The notes beneath the pieces were generated by a model. It was not told the origin of the DNA. It worked only from the letters and a program-made list of their open reading frames with translations, and ran no database searches. From positions 16,275 to 80,274 of the forward strand of contig CAIYMY010000029.1 of assembly GCA_903927465.1 (NCBI GenBank): a stretch of 64,000 nt of DNA, in the 5' to 3' direction. Below, piece after piece: positions 56,625-64,000 of this stretch (the stretch's first letter is position 1; the number at the start of each line of letters is the position of its first letter). The position numbers and the translations under genes were made by a program. This stretch comes from an uncultured Rhodospirillales bacterium (GTDB lineage Bacteria; Pseudomonadota; Alphaproteobacteria; Acetobacterales; Acetobacteraceae).

Positions 56625-57758
56625 ATGACCCTGCTCGACCGCTATTTGTTCCGTCAGCTTGCGCTGGCCCTGCTTGCCGTAACGGTGGGACTGGCGGCGC
56701 TTGTCTGGCTGACGCAATCCTTGCGCTTCATCGAATTGGTGCTGGATCGCGGGCTGTCGCTCGCGGTGTTTTTCGAATTGACCAGCTTGCTTTTGCCATC
56801 CTTCTTCTCGGTCATCCTGCCGATCACGACCTTCATCGTGATGCTGTTCGTGCATTTGCGCCTGGCCGGGGACCGTGAATTGGTGGTGATGCGCGCAGCC
56901 GGGCTTTCCAATTGGCAAATTGCGCGCCCCGCCTTGGCGCTTGGGCTGCTGGTCGTGGCCGTGATGGCCTTCTTGAATTTCTGGCTGGTGCCGCTCAGCC
57001 ACACCGCCTTTCGGCAATGGCAGTTTGAAATCCGCAATCAATTGGTGGGCGTGCTATTGCAGGAAGGCGTTTTCTCCACCGTCGGCAATGATCTGACCGT
57101 CTATGCCCGCAAGCGCGAAGCCGATGGCACGCTGCGCGGCATTCTGGTGCATGACCAGCGTGAGGCCGGCGGCGCGGTAACCATCCTGGCGCAATCCGGG
57201 CGCATCGGTCAGGGGACGGATGGGCCGCGCGTGACGCTTTATGATGGTGTGCGTCAGCAAGTGGAAAAAGGCGCATCAGGCGCGCCGCCGCGCCTGACCG
57301 TGCTGAGCTTTTCCGAAAACAGCGTTGATCTGGCTCGCGTCGCGCGTAACGATGAAACGCGCAGCCGCGACAGCCGGGAACGCTCCATCTCTGAATTACT
57401 GTACCCCGATCCGTCGGAGGAACTGCGCCCGCGCGATGTCAGGCGCTTTCGCTCCGAAGCGCATCAGCGCATGGCAAGCCCGCTGACCGCGCTTTCCTTC
57501 GCATTGGTCGGGCTGGCGGTGGCGCTGACGGGGCAATTCCGCCGCCATGGCGGGGGTGTAGGCGTGGTACTTGGCATCGGCATCATGGTGGCACTGCTGG
57601 CGCTTGGTCTCACCCTCGGCAATGCTGCAGCCCGGCGCGATGGGCTGATCTGGTTGATCTGGCTGCATGCGATCCTGCCCGGCGTGATTTCCGCCTGGTG
57701 GCTGGGCGGCGCCCCCGGCCTGCCGCGCAGGGCCCCGCCGCGTGAGGCACTGCCATGA
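56625..57758 (+). CDS. lptF: LPS export permease LptF
   Basis: LDRYLFRQ, ELVVMRAAGLS and HQRMASPL YjgP/YjgQ motifs; first gene of the lptFGD-surA operon. Confidence 0.92.
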   Translation: MTLLDRYLFRQLALALLAVTVGLAALVWLTQSLRFIELVLDRGLSLAVFFELTSLLLPSFFSVILPITTFIVMLFVHLRLAGDRELVVMRAAGLSNWQIARPALALGLLVVAVMAFLNFWLVPLSHTAFRQWQFEIRNQLVGVLLQEGVFSTVGNDLTVYARKREADGTLRGILVHDQREAGGAVTILAQSGRIGQGTDGPRVTLYDGVRQQVEKGASGAPPRLTVLSFSENSVDLARVARNDETRSRDSRERSISELLYPDPSEELRPRDVRRFRSEAHQRMASPLTALSFALVGLAVALTGQFRRHGGGVGVVLGIGIMVALLALGLTLGNAAARRDGLIWLIWLHAILPGVISAWWLGGAPGLPRRAPPREALP

Positions 57759-58878
57759 CGCTGCCCATCACGCTGATGACCTATGTGGCGCGGCGCTTTG
57801 CCGCCATGGCGCTGCTGATGTTGCTGGCGCTGTCGGCGCTGGTCGCTTTGTTTGACCTGATCGAATTGCTGCGCCGCGCCGCAACGCGGCCTGAGGCGAA
57901 TTTCGCCCTGGTGGCGCAGATCGCGGCACTCCGCGTGCCCTATGTGGCCATGCAGATCCTGCCCTTTGCGGTGCTGCTTGGTGGCATCATCGCCTTCTGG
58001 CGGCTGACGCGGTTTTCTGAATTGGTGGTGGCGCGCGCAGCCGGGATTTCGGCTTGGGGTTTTCTGGCCGGCCCCGTGCTGGTTGCGTTGCTGCTCGGGC
58101 TTGGGCCAGCACGGCACTTTCGCCGCTATCTTCCGCCATGCTGGCGCGTGCCGAGCGGCTTGATCAGCTTTACCTTCGCAATGTGGGCGGCATCACGGCA
58201 CTGGCTGGCGGCAGGCTGTGGCTGCGCCAAGCCGATGAGGGGCTGCAACCCCAGGGTGTTGCCATTATTTCCGGCCGGCCCATGGCCACGCGGGAATTAC
58301 GCCCCGGCGAGGCGCTGCGCCTTGCCGAGGTGACGATCTGGCGGCTTTCTGCTGATGATCGGCCCTTGGCGCGGATCGAAGCGGCGTCGGCCCTGCTGCA
58401 GCCCGGCCGCTGGCGCTTCGAAGGCGCCGTGGTGTTCGGGGCAGAACGGGTGGCCGGCGCGCCACAAAGCCTTGATTTTCCAACCGAGTTAACGCCGGAG
58501 CGCATTGAAAATTCCTTCGCCACCCCGGATACGCTCAGCCTTTGGGCGCTGCCGGAATTCATCAAAATCCTGGAAGATGCGGGGTTTTCCGCCATCCGCC
58601 ACCGGCTGCATTTCCAATCCCTGCTGGCGCTGCCCCTGCTCGCCATTGCCATGGCACTGCTCGCTGCGGGATTTTCCATGCGCTCTGCCCGGCGTGGCGG
58701 TGTGGCGCGCATGATCGCGGGGGGGATCAGCGCCGGCTTTGCGCTTTTCGTACTGGACAAGATCACTGGCGAATTCGGTGAAGCCGGGACACTGCCCGTG
58801 GTATTGGCTGCTTGGGCGCCGGCTGGCGCTGGTTTCCTGCTTGCAGCGGCGCTACTGCTGCATCTTGAGGATGGTTAG
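57755..58878 (+). CDS. lptG: LPS export permease LptG, split by a 1-nt frameshift at about 58102
   Basis: Frame from 57755 encodes the N-terminus (ELVVARAAGISAW); the -1 frame from TGG 58102 encodes the rest. One extra T gives a 374-aa protein. Confidence 0.88.
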
Positions 58879-58879
58879 G

Positions 58880-61147
58880 ATGTTGCGCCGGGCAATTCAG
58901 TATCTGCCGATCGTCGTGCTGGCGCTTTCGCCAGCATTAGCGCTGGCGCAGGCGCCCCTTCAGCCAATGATTTCGGCGCCCACTTCCATATCGCCAATCT
59001 TGCCTACGGAAGCCCCTGCGCCTGCGCCTGCGCCAACCGCAGTTCAACCCGCATCGCAAAATGCGCCTGTCACCTTCACCGCCGATGAAGTGCAATATGA
59101 CCAAAATGCCGCCTTGGTCATGGCGCGCGGAAGGGTGGAAGCCTTCCAAGGTGGCCGCATCCTGCGCGCTGATGAGCTGACCTATAATCGCAATACCGGC
59201 GTTGCCACAGCGCGCGGTAATGTGCAGCTTATTGAGGCCGATGGCCAAGTAATGTTCGCGGAAAGCGCTGAGCTATCCAATCAGATGCGCGATGGCGTGC
59301 TGGAAGGGCTGCGCGGTTATCTGCTGCAAAATGGCCGGATCGCCGCTGCTGGCGCACGGCGAACCGATGGCTCGATTTTCGATCTTTCCCGCGTTGTCTA
59401 TTCGGTCTGTGACCCCTGCAAGGATGACCCGCTCGCACCGCCCCTTTGGCAATTGCGCGCGCGCACGGCAACCCTGGATCGAAACGAACAGCAAGTGCGC
59501 TATCGTGGCGCCTCCCTGGATATGGCGGGTGTCCCGGTGATATGGATGCCCTATTTCCAGCATCCTGATGGGTCTGCTTCTAGGCAATCCGGCTTCCTAA
59601 GCCCCAGCTTCGGCGTCACCAAATATCTCGGTGGTTTCACTGAAACGCCCTATTACTGGGCGATTGATGAAAGTCAGGAATTGGTCCTGCGCCCCACCAT
59701 CGCCACGAGCGTGGCGCCCAATCTGGGTGTGGATTACCGCCGCCGCTTCAATAGTGGCGAGATGGAGGTTCTAAGTTCCATCGGCTATCTTAATGGCAAG
59801 GACGGCACAGAAGAAGGCTTCGCTGGGCATATCTTCGCCAAAGGCCGCTTTTCGTTGGATGAGACTTGGCGCGCTGGCTTTGACGCAAACCGCGCGAGTT
59901 CAGAACAATATCTGCGCATCTACCGCTATGGCTCGCCGCGCGTTCTGCCGACAACGGTCTTCACTGAAGGCTTTTGGGGGCCTGAAGGCTTCGCGCGCGT
60001 CGATGCCCGTGCCTATCAGGGCTTACGCTCGACGGATGATATCAGCGAAATTCCACTGGTGCTGCCCAATATCTATGCCGATTGGGAATCGCCCGAAGAT
60101 TCACTCGGCGGGCGCTTTACCGTGGATACCTCAAATTTCGCCATATTTCGCAACAGCGGCACCAGCACAAGGCGGGCATCGTCGCGCATCGGCTATGCGC
60201 TACCGCGCATGGATGATCTGGGTGGTATCTGGACATTGCGGGTGCGGAGCGATTTGTCTGCCTATGATTTCGACGATATCAACCTTGCTCCCAATTACGC
60301 GACAGGAAGTCCCGATGGCCAAAGCATCTCGGCCAATATTCGCACCGGCCTCGATTGGCGCATGCCCTTCCTGCGCGATGGCGGCGATTGGGGCAGCCAG
60401 GTGGTGGAACCGCGCATCCAATTGGTGACCGGCCCCTTGACCGGCAGCCAGTATCGTATCCCGAATGAAGACAGCATTGTCTTTGACTTCACAGACGCCA
60501 ATCTGTTTTCGCTCAATCGCTTCACCGGTCGAGATCGGCAGGAAGGTGGCACGCGCGCGGATATGGCGCTGCGCAGCGCCTGGTTCCTGCCGGAGAATCG
60601 GCAGCTTGAAGCCCTCGTTGGACGGTCCTTCCGCGTTCAGGAAGATGGCGGCCCCTTCTATCCCAATAGCGGCCTTGTAAATCGCGCCTCAGACTGGGTC
60701 AGCCGGCTCACCTTCCGCCCAACCTCCTGGATGGACCTTACCGGGCGCGCCCGACGTGACGGCGAAAGCTTCGCCTCCCGCGCCTATGATATCAGCACGA
60801 CCGTTCGGCCTTTGAGCGATACCTCCTTCACCCTTGGCTACCTGCAAGCCCCGCCCATGCCCTATCTTAATCCCTTCGCGCAGCGTGAGGAAATCTACCT
60901 TGGTGCCTCTCAACGCATCGGGATGTGGCGCTTCACCGCCTTTGGGCGGCAGAATATCGAGCTTAATCGCCCTGTGGCCGCGGCGCTTTCGGCGCTGTAT
61001 GAGGATGAGTGCTTTATTTTTGAAACGCGCTTCGTCAAAAACTATGCGGAAGACCAGACGACCAATAATCTTTACCCAGGGGCCACCATGCTGCTGTTCC
61101 GCTTTGGCTTCAAAACCATCGGTGATTTCGGATTGAGGGCTTTATGA
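58880..61147 (+). CDS. lptD: LPS assembly outer-membrane protein LptD (OstA)
   Basis: Signal peptide; OstA N-domain (TFTADEVQYD); C..C..P.W motif; PNEDS; C-terminal beta-barrel; alternative start 58871. Confidence 0.93.
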   Translation: MLRRAIQYLPIVVLALSPALALAQAPLQPMISAPTSISPILPTEAPAPAPAPTAVQPASQNAPVTFTADEVQYDQNAALVMARGRVEAFQGGRILRADELTYNRNTGVATARGNVQLIEADGQVMFAESAELSNQMRDGVLEGLRGYLLQNGRIAAAGARRTDGSIFDLSRVVYSVCDPCKDDPLAPPLWQLRARTATLDRNEQQVRYRGASLDMAGVPVIWMPYFQHPDGSASRQSGFLSPSFGVTKYLGGFTETPYYWAIDESQELVLRPTIATSVAPNLGVDYRRRFNSGEMEVLSSIGYLNGKDGTEEGFAGHIFAKGRFSLDETWRAGFDANRASSEQYLRIYRYGSPRVLPTTVFTEGFWGPEGFARVDARAYQGLRSTDDISEIPLVLPNIYADWESPEDSLGGRFTVDTSNFAIFRNSGTSTRRASSRIGYALPRMDDLGGIWTLRVRSDLSAYDFDDINLAPNYATGSPDGQSISANIRTGLDWRMPFLRDGGDWGSQVVEPRIQLVTGPLTGSQYRIPNEDSIVFDFTDANLFSLNRFTGRDRQEGGTRADMALRSAWFLPENRQLEALVGRSFRVQEDGGPFYPNSGLVNRASDWVSRLTFRPTSWMDLTGRARRDGESFASRAYDISTTVRPLSDTSFTLGYLQAPPMPYLNPFAQREEIYLGASQRIGMWRFTAFGRQNIELNRPVAAALSALYEDECFIFETRFVKNYAEDQTTNNLYPGATMLLFRFGFKTIGDFGLRAL

Positions 61148-61197
61148 GCTATTGGGCCAACCTGCCCACAATGGGCGACAAGCTGCAGGAGGCGTTG

Positions 61198-62517
61198 ATG
61201 CGCGCCGTGATGTTGTCGCGAAAGCCATATCTTATGCTGATGCTGCTGGCGGCTTTGCTGATGCCAGCCGCCCCAATGCCCGCCGCCAAGGCGCAATCCG
61301 CAGGCGGCAACGTGAACGGCATTGTCGCCGTGGTGAATGGCGATGTCGTCACACGAAGCGAGATCGAAAGCCGCCGGCGTTTGCTGGCGCTCTCCGCTGG
61401 TGTCGCGGGCGATGCCGGCGCGCAGGGAGGTGATCAGATCCTTCGATTGCTCATTGATGAGCGGCTGCGCATCCAGGAACTCAGCCGCCGACGCATTCTG
61501 GTTACAGATCAGGATATCGCAAGCTCCGTCGCCAATATCGAAAGCCGCAATGGCCTGCCCCAGGGCGGCGTCGTGCAGAATCTACGCCGCTCAGGGATCG
61601 AGCCGCGCGTGCTTTATGATCAGATCCGCGCGCAAATTGGTTGGGCGCGGCTATTGCGCGGCATGCTTGGCGAACAGGCCACCATTTCAGACACTGAGGT
61701 GAATGAATTCCTGAACGCCCAGCGTGCCCGCCATGGCGAACCGGAATTCCTGATCTCCGAAATCTTCATCCCGGTGGAAAATCCAGGCCAGGAAGCGCAG
61801 GTGCGTCGCTTCGTGACTGATGTCATTCAGCGCCTGCGCCAGGGTGTGCCCTTTGCCATGGCGGCCGCGCAATTCAGCCAATCACAGACCGCAATCCAAG
61901 GTGGCGCGATGGATTGGATGACAGCGGATCGCTTTGATACGGAAGTCGCCAAGATCCTGCGCCAAATGCCCGAAGGGGCCATCAGCAATCCCATCCGCGT
62001 CCCTGGCGGCTTTGAAATTGTGATGCTGCGGGACAAACGCATCTCAGGCCGCGAAATGGCAACCATCCTGACAATGCGTCAGGTATTCTTGCCCTTTGAA
62101 GGGCAGGTAAATCCGCAAGCCCCGACAGCGCAGCAATTGGCGCAATTGCAGCGTGCTCAGACGCTTTCCGATCAGGCCCGCAGCTGTGAGGCGATGGATG
62201 CCGCCGCACGCGGCAGCCCGCGCCCCGCCGACCCCGGCCCGGTACGGCTGGACAATATCAACCCGCCCGAATTGCGCGATCTGCTGGGCAGTCTGCCCAT
62301 CGGGCGTGCGTCGCAGCCGATCATTTCCATGGATGGGTCCATGATTTTCATGATTTGCGCGCGCGAGACCCGCAATCTGGCGGAAGCCAATCCGCAGCAG
62401 GCGCGCGACATCCTGCTGCGCGATCGGATTGAATTGCTGTCCCGCCAATTGCAGCGCGATTTGCGCCGCCGCGCGCAAATTGAAATTCGTACGAATAGCG
62501 CTGCGCGTCCGGGCTGA
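61198..62517 (+). CDS. surA: SurA peptidyl-prolyl isomerase/chaperone
   Basis: IVAVVNGDVVT.SEI, LIDERL and parvulin domain (FSQS..A.QGG.M.W); CAGGAGG RBS before ATG 61198. Confidence 0.9.
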   Translation: MRAVMLSRKPYLMLMLLAALLMPAAPMPAAKAQSAGGNVNGIVAVVNGDVVTRSEIESRRRLLALSAGVAGDAGAQGGDQILRLLIDERLRIQELSRRRILVTDQDIASSVANIESRNGLPQGGVVQNLRRSGIEPRVLYDQIRAQIGWARLLRGMLGEQATISDTEVNEFLNAQRARHGEPEFLISEIFIPVENPGQEAQVRRFVTDVIQRLRQGVPFAMAAAQFSQSQTAIQGGAMDWMTADRFDTEVAKILRQMPEGAISNPIRVPGGFEIVMLRDKRISGREMATILTMRQVFLPFEGQVNPQAPTAQQLAQLQRAQTLSDQARSCEAMDAAARGSPRPADPGPVRLDNINPPELRDLLGSLPIGRASQPIISMDGSMIFMICARETRNLAEANPQQARDILLRDRIELLSRQLQRDLRRRAQIEIRTNSAARPG

Positions 62518-62521
62518 AGGC

Positions 62522-63352
62522 GTGACCAAACCTGAACTACCAAGCCTCAGCGATACTATCGCGCGGCATGGGCTTAATGCGCGCAAGGCGCTCGGCCAGC
62601 ATTTCCTGCTTGATCCGGCCATATGTGCGCGCATCGCGGCATTGGCCGGCGATCTTGCGGGCCGGCATGTGCTGGAAGTGGGGCCAGGGCCGGGTGGGCT
62701 GACGCGCGCTTTGCTGGAAACCGCTGCCGCATCAGTGCTGGCAGTGGAATTGGATGCGCGCGCCGTGATTGCCTTGCAGGAATTGGTCGCCGCCTATCCC
62801 GCGCGGCTAGGCGTGCTGGAAGCCGATGCGCTTGGTGTGGACCCGGCCACAGCCCTGCCCGCGCCAAGGCGCATCATCGCCAACCTGCCGTATAATGTCG
62901 CGAGTCCCTTGCTGGTGCGCTGGCTGCGCGGCGCCGCGGCGCTGGAAGGCATGACGCTGATGTTCCAGCTTGAAGTGGCGGAACGCATCACGGCGGCCCC
63001 CGCCACATCCGCTTATGGGCGGCTGGCCGTACTCGCCCAATGGCGCTGCCGCTGCGATTTGCTGCTGCGCCTGCCACCCGGCGCCTTCAGCCCACCGCCC
63101 AAGGTCTGGTCTGCCGTTGTAGGCTTCACGCCACATGCGGAAGACCCGCCACCAGCGCTATTCGCCACTATGGAAAAACTCACCGCCGCCGCTTTCGGGC
63201 AAAGGCGCAAAATGCTGCGTGGCGCGTTGAAGACACTTGGCAATGCTGAAGCGTTGTTGGACGAGGCCGGCATTGCCGGGGATCGGCGCGGGGAAACCCT
63301 GACCGTCGCGGAATTCGACAGGCTGGCGCGCGGCTTGGCCAGCCGGGGTTAA
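62522..63352 (+). CDS. rsmA: 16S rRNA m6,2A dimethyltransferase
   Basis: LGQHFL, VLEVGPGPG.LT, ANLPYNV, MFQLEVAERI and PPPKV motifs; GTG 62522. Confidence 0.95.
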   Translation: MTKPELPSLSDTIARHGLNARKALGQHFLLDPAICARIAALAGDLAGRHVLEVGPGPGGLTRALLETAAASVLAVELDARAVIALQELVAAYPARLGVLEADALGVDPATALPAPRRIIANLPYNVASPLLVRWLRGAAALEGMTLMFQLEVAERITAAPATSAYGRLAVLAQWRCRCDLLLRLPPGAFSPPPKVWSAVVGFTPHAEDPPPALFATMEKLTAAAFGQRRKMLRGALKTLGNAEALLDEAGIAGDRRGETLTVAEFDRLARGLASRG

Positions 63353-63810
63353 ACCCAGCGCCGCACGCGGGTGCGATAAGCCTCATAAGCCGCGCCGAAA
63401 CGGGTGCTGAGGTAGGCTTCCTCCTTCGTCACCACCAGCCGATCCAGCGCCAAATGGCAGGTGATCAGCGCAAGCCAGCCCCATAAATCGCCCCAGCGCA
63501 GCGCAAAGCCCAGCACCACCACCAGAAAGCCGAGGTAGATCGGGTTGCGGCTGAAGCGAAACGGCCCCGCCGTGACCAGGGCGGCATCGGGCTTGTCCGG
63601 CCTTGGGTCATTGCCCGCCTGCACCAGCGTCAGCAGTGACCAACCGATCAGGCCAATCCCCAGAAACAGCACCAGCACGCCGTAATTCGGCAAGGGCGGG
63701 CCGAGCAGGACCGGAAAGAAAAGATGCGCGAACCAGGCCACCGCCAGCACACCCCCCACCAATACGGGCGGCGGCAGGCGGACACCGGGGCCGTGATCGG
63801 GCGTGGTCAT
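63349..63810 (-). CDS. Isoprenylcysteine carboxyl methyltransferase / PEMT-family membrane protein
   Basis: LVTAGPFRFSRNPIYLG and EEAYL..RFG.AYEAY...VRRW motifs; stop shares TTAA with rsmA. Confidence 0.9.
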   Translation of the reverse strand: MTTPDHGPGVRLPPPVLVGGVLAVAWFAHLFFPVLLGPPLPNYGVLVLFLGIGLIGWSLLTLVQAGNDPRPDKPDAALVTAGPFRFSRNPIYLGFLVVVLGFALRWGDLWGWLALITCHLALDRLVVTKEEAYLSTRFGAAYEAYRTRVRRWV

Positions 63811-64000
63811 GCTTTTTCCTCCGGCAGCTTCATCCAGGGGGGCGGTTGCGGCGTGAGGCGCGCCCCGCCTGCCGATAGCGCCCCCTTGTCCAGCCATTCC
63901 AGCCGCAGCAGGGCAAGCCCTTGCGCGCCCTGGCTGGAGCGCATCTCCCCCGCCTCAGCCCCCTCAGGCGTCAGGATGGCCGTCCCACGTTCAGGTGCCG
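63807..64000 (-). CDS. ygfZ: Folate-binding protein YgfZ, C-terminal end (rest outside window)
   Basis: My translation APERGTAILTPEGAEAGEMRSSQGAQGLALLRLEWLDKG...PPPWMKLPEEKA* resembles alphaproteobacterial YgfZ C-termini; ATGA overlap with the next gene. Confidence 0.75.
   Translation of the reverse strand, partial: APERGTAILTPEGAEAGEMRSSQGAQGLALLRLEWLDKGALSAGGARLTPQPPPWMKLPEEKA

Noticed and set aside
58095-58110. Programmed -1 ribosomal frameshift in lptG
   Set aside because: No slippery heptamer; a single-base indel is more parsimonious.
1-64000. CRISPR arrays, IS/transposases, integrases, prophage, rRNA and defence systems
   Set aside because: I saw no regularly spaced direct repeats, recombinase/transposase motifs, phage genes or rRNA-like segments.

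Overview
64 kb of a GC-rich (roughly 60-65% by eye) alphaproteobacterial chromosome. Gene content and synteny suggest Acetobacteraceae/Roseomonas-like, which is an inference. About 56 CDS are densely packed. No rRNA, tRNA, CRISPR array, integrase, transposase or prophage could be supported. The left two-thirds is accessory catabolism: (i) a minus-strand operon encoding a 2-hydroxyacid dehydrogenase, an MFS transporter, a GGT-fold Ntn-hydrolase lacking the glutamate-binding residues, a ThDP enzyme and hydantoinase/oxoprolinase B and A; (ii) a plus-strand acyl-CoA operon whose first five genes match the levulinate/4-hydroxy-acid (lvaABCDE-type) enzyme set, extended by a CoA-transferase, a paired ACAD and a crotonase; (iii) an FNR module with a Cys-containing FnrL-like regulator, a perfect FNR box before a tandem USP, and a divergent beta-CASP hydrolase; (iv) TAXI-TRAP, sirtuin, protease, dihydropyrimidinase, a BaiN-type flavoprotein, PrpF and further CoA-transferases. 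The right third is housekeeping: pgeF, MidA-like, maeB, mutS-glnD, cspA, lptF-lptG-lptD-surA-rsmA and the ygfZ end. Sequence-level oddities are a CIR/RIME-type 107-bp palindromic element, an apparent CTG start coupled to the upstream stop, two unannotated small ORFs, an SD-occluding leader hairpin, a 1-nt frameshift in lptG, and pdxA cleanly absent between surA and rsmA.
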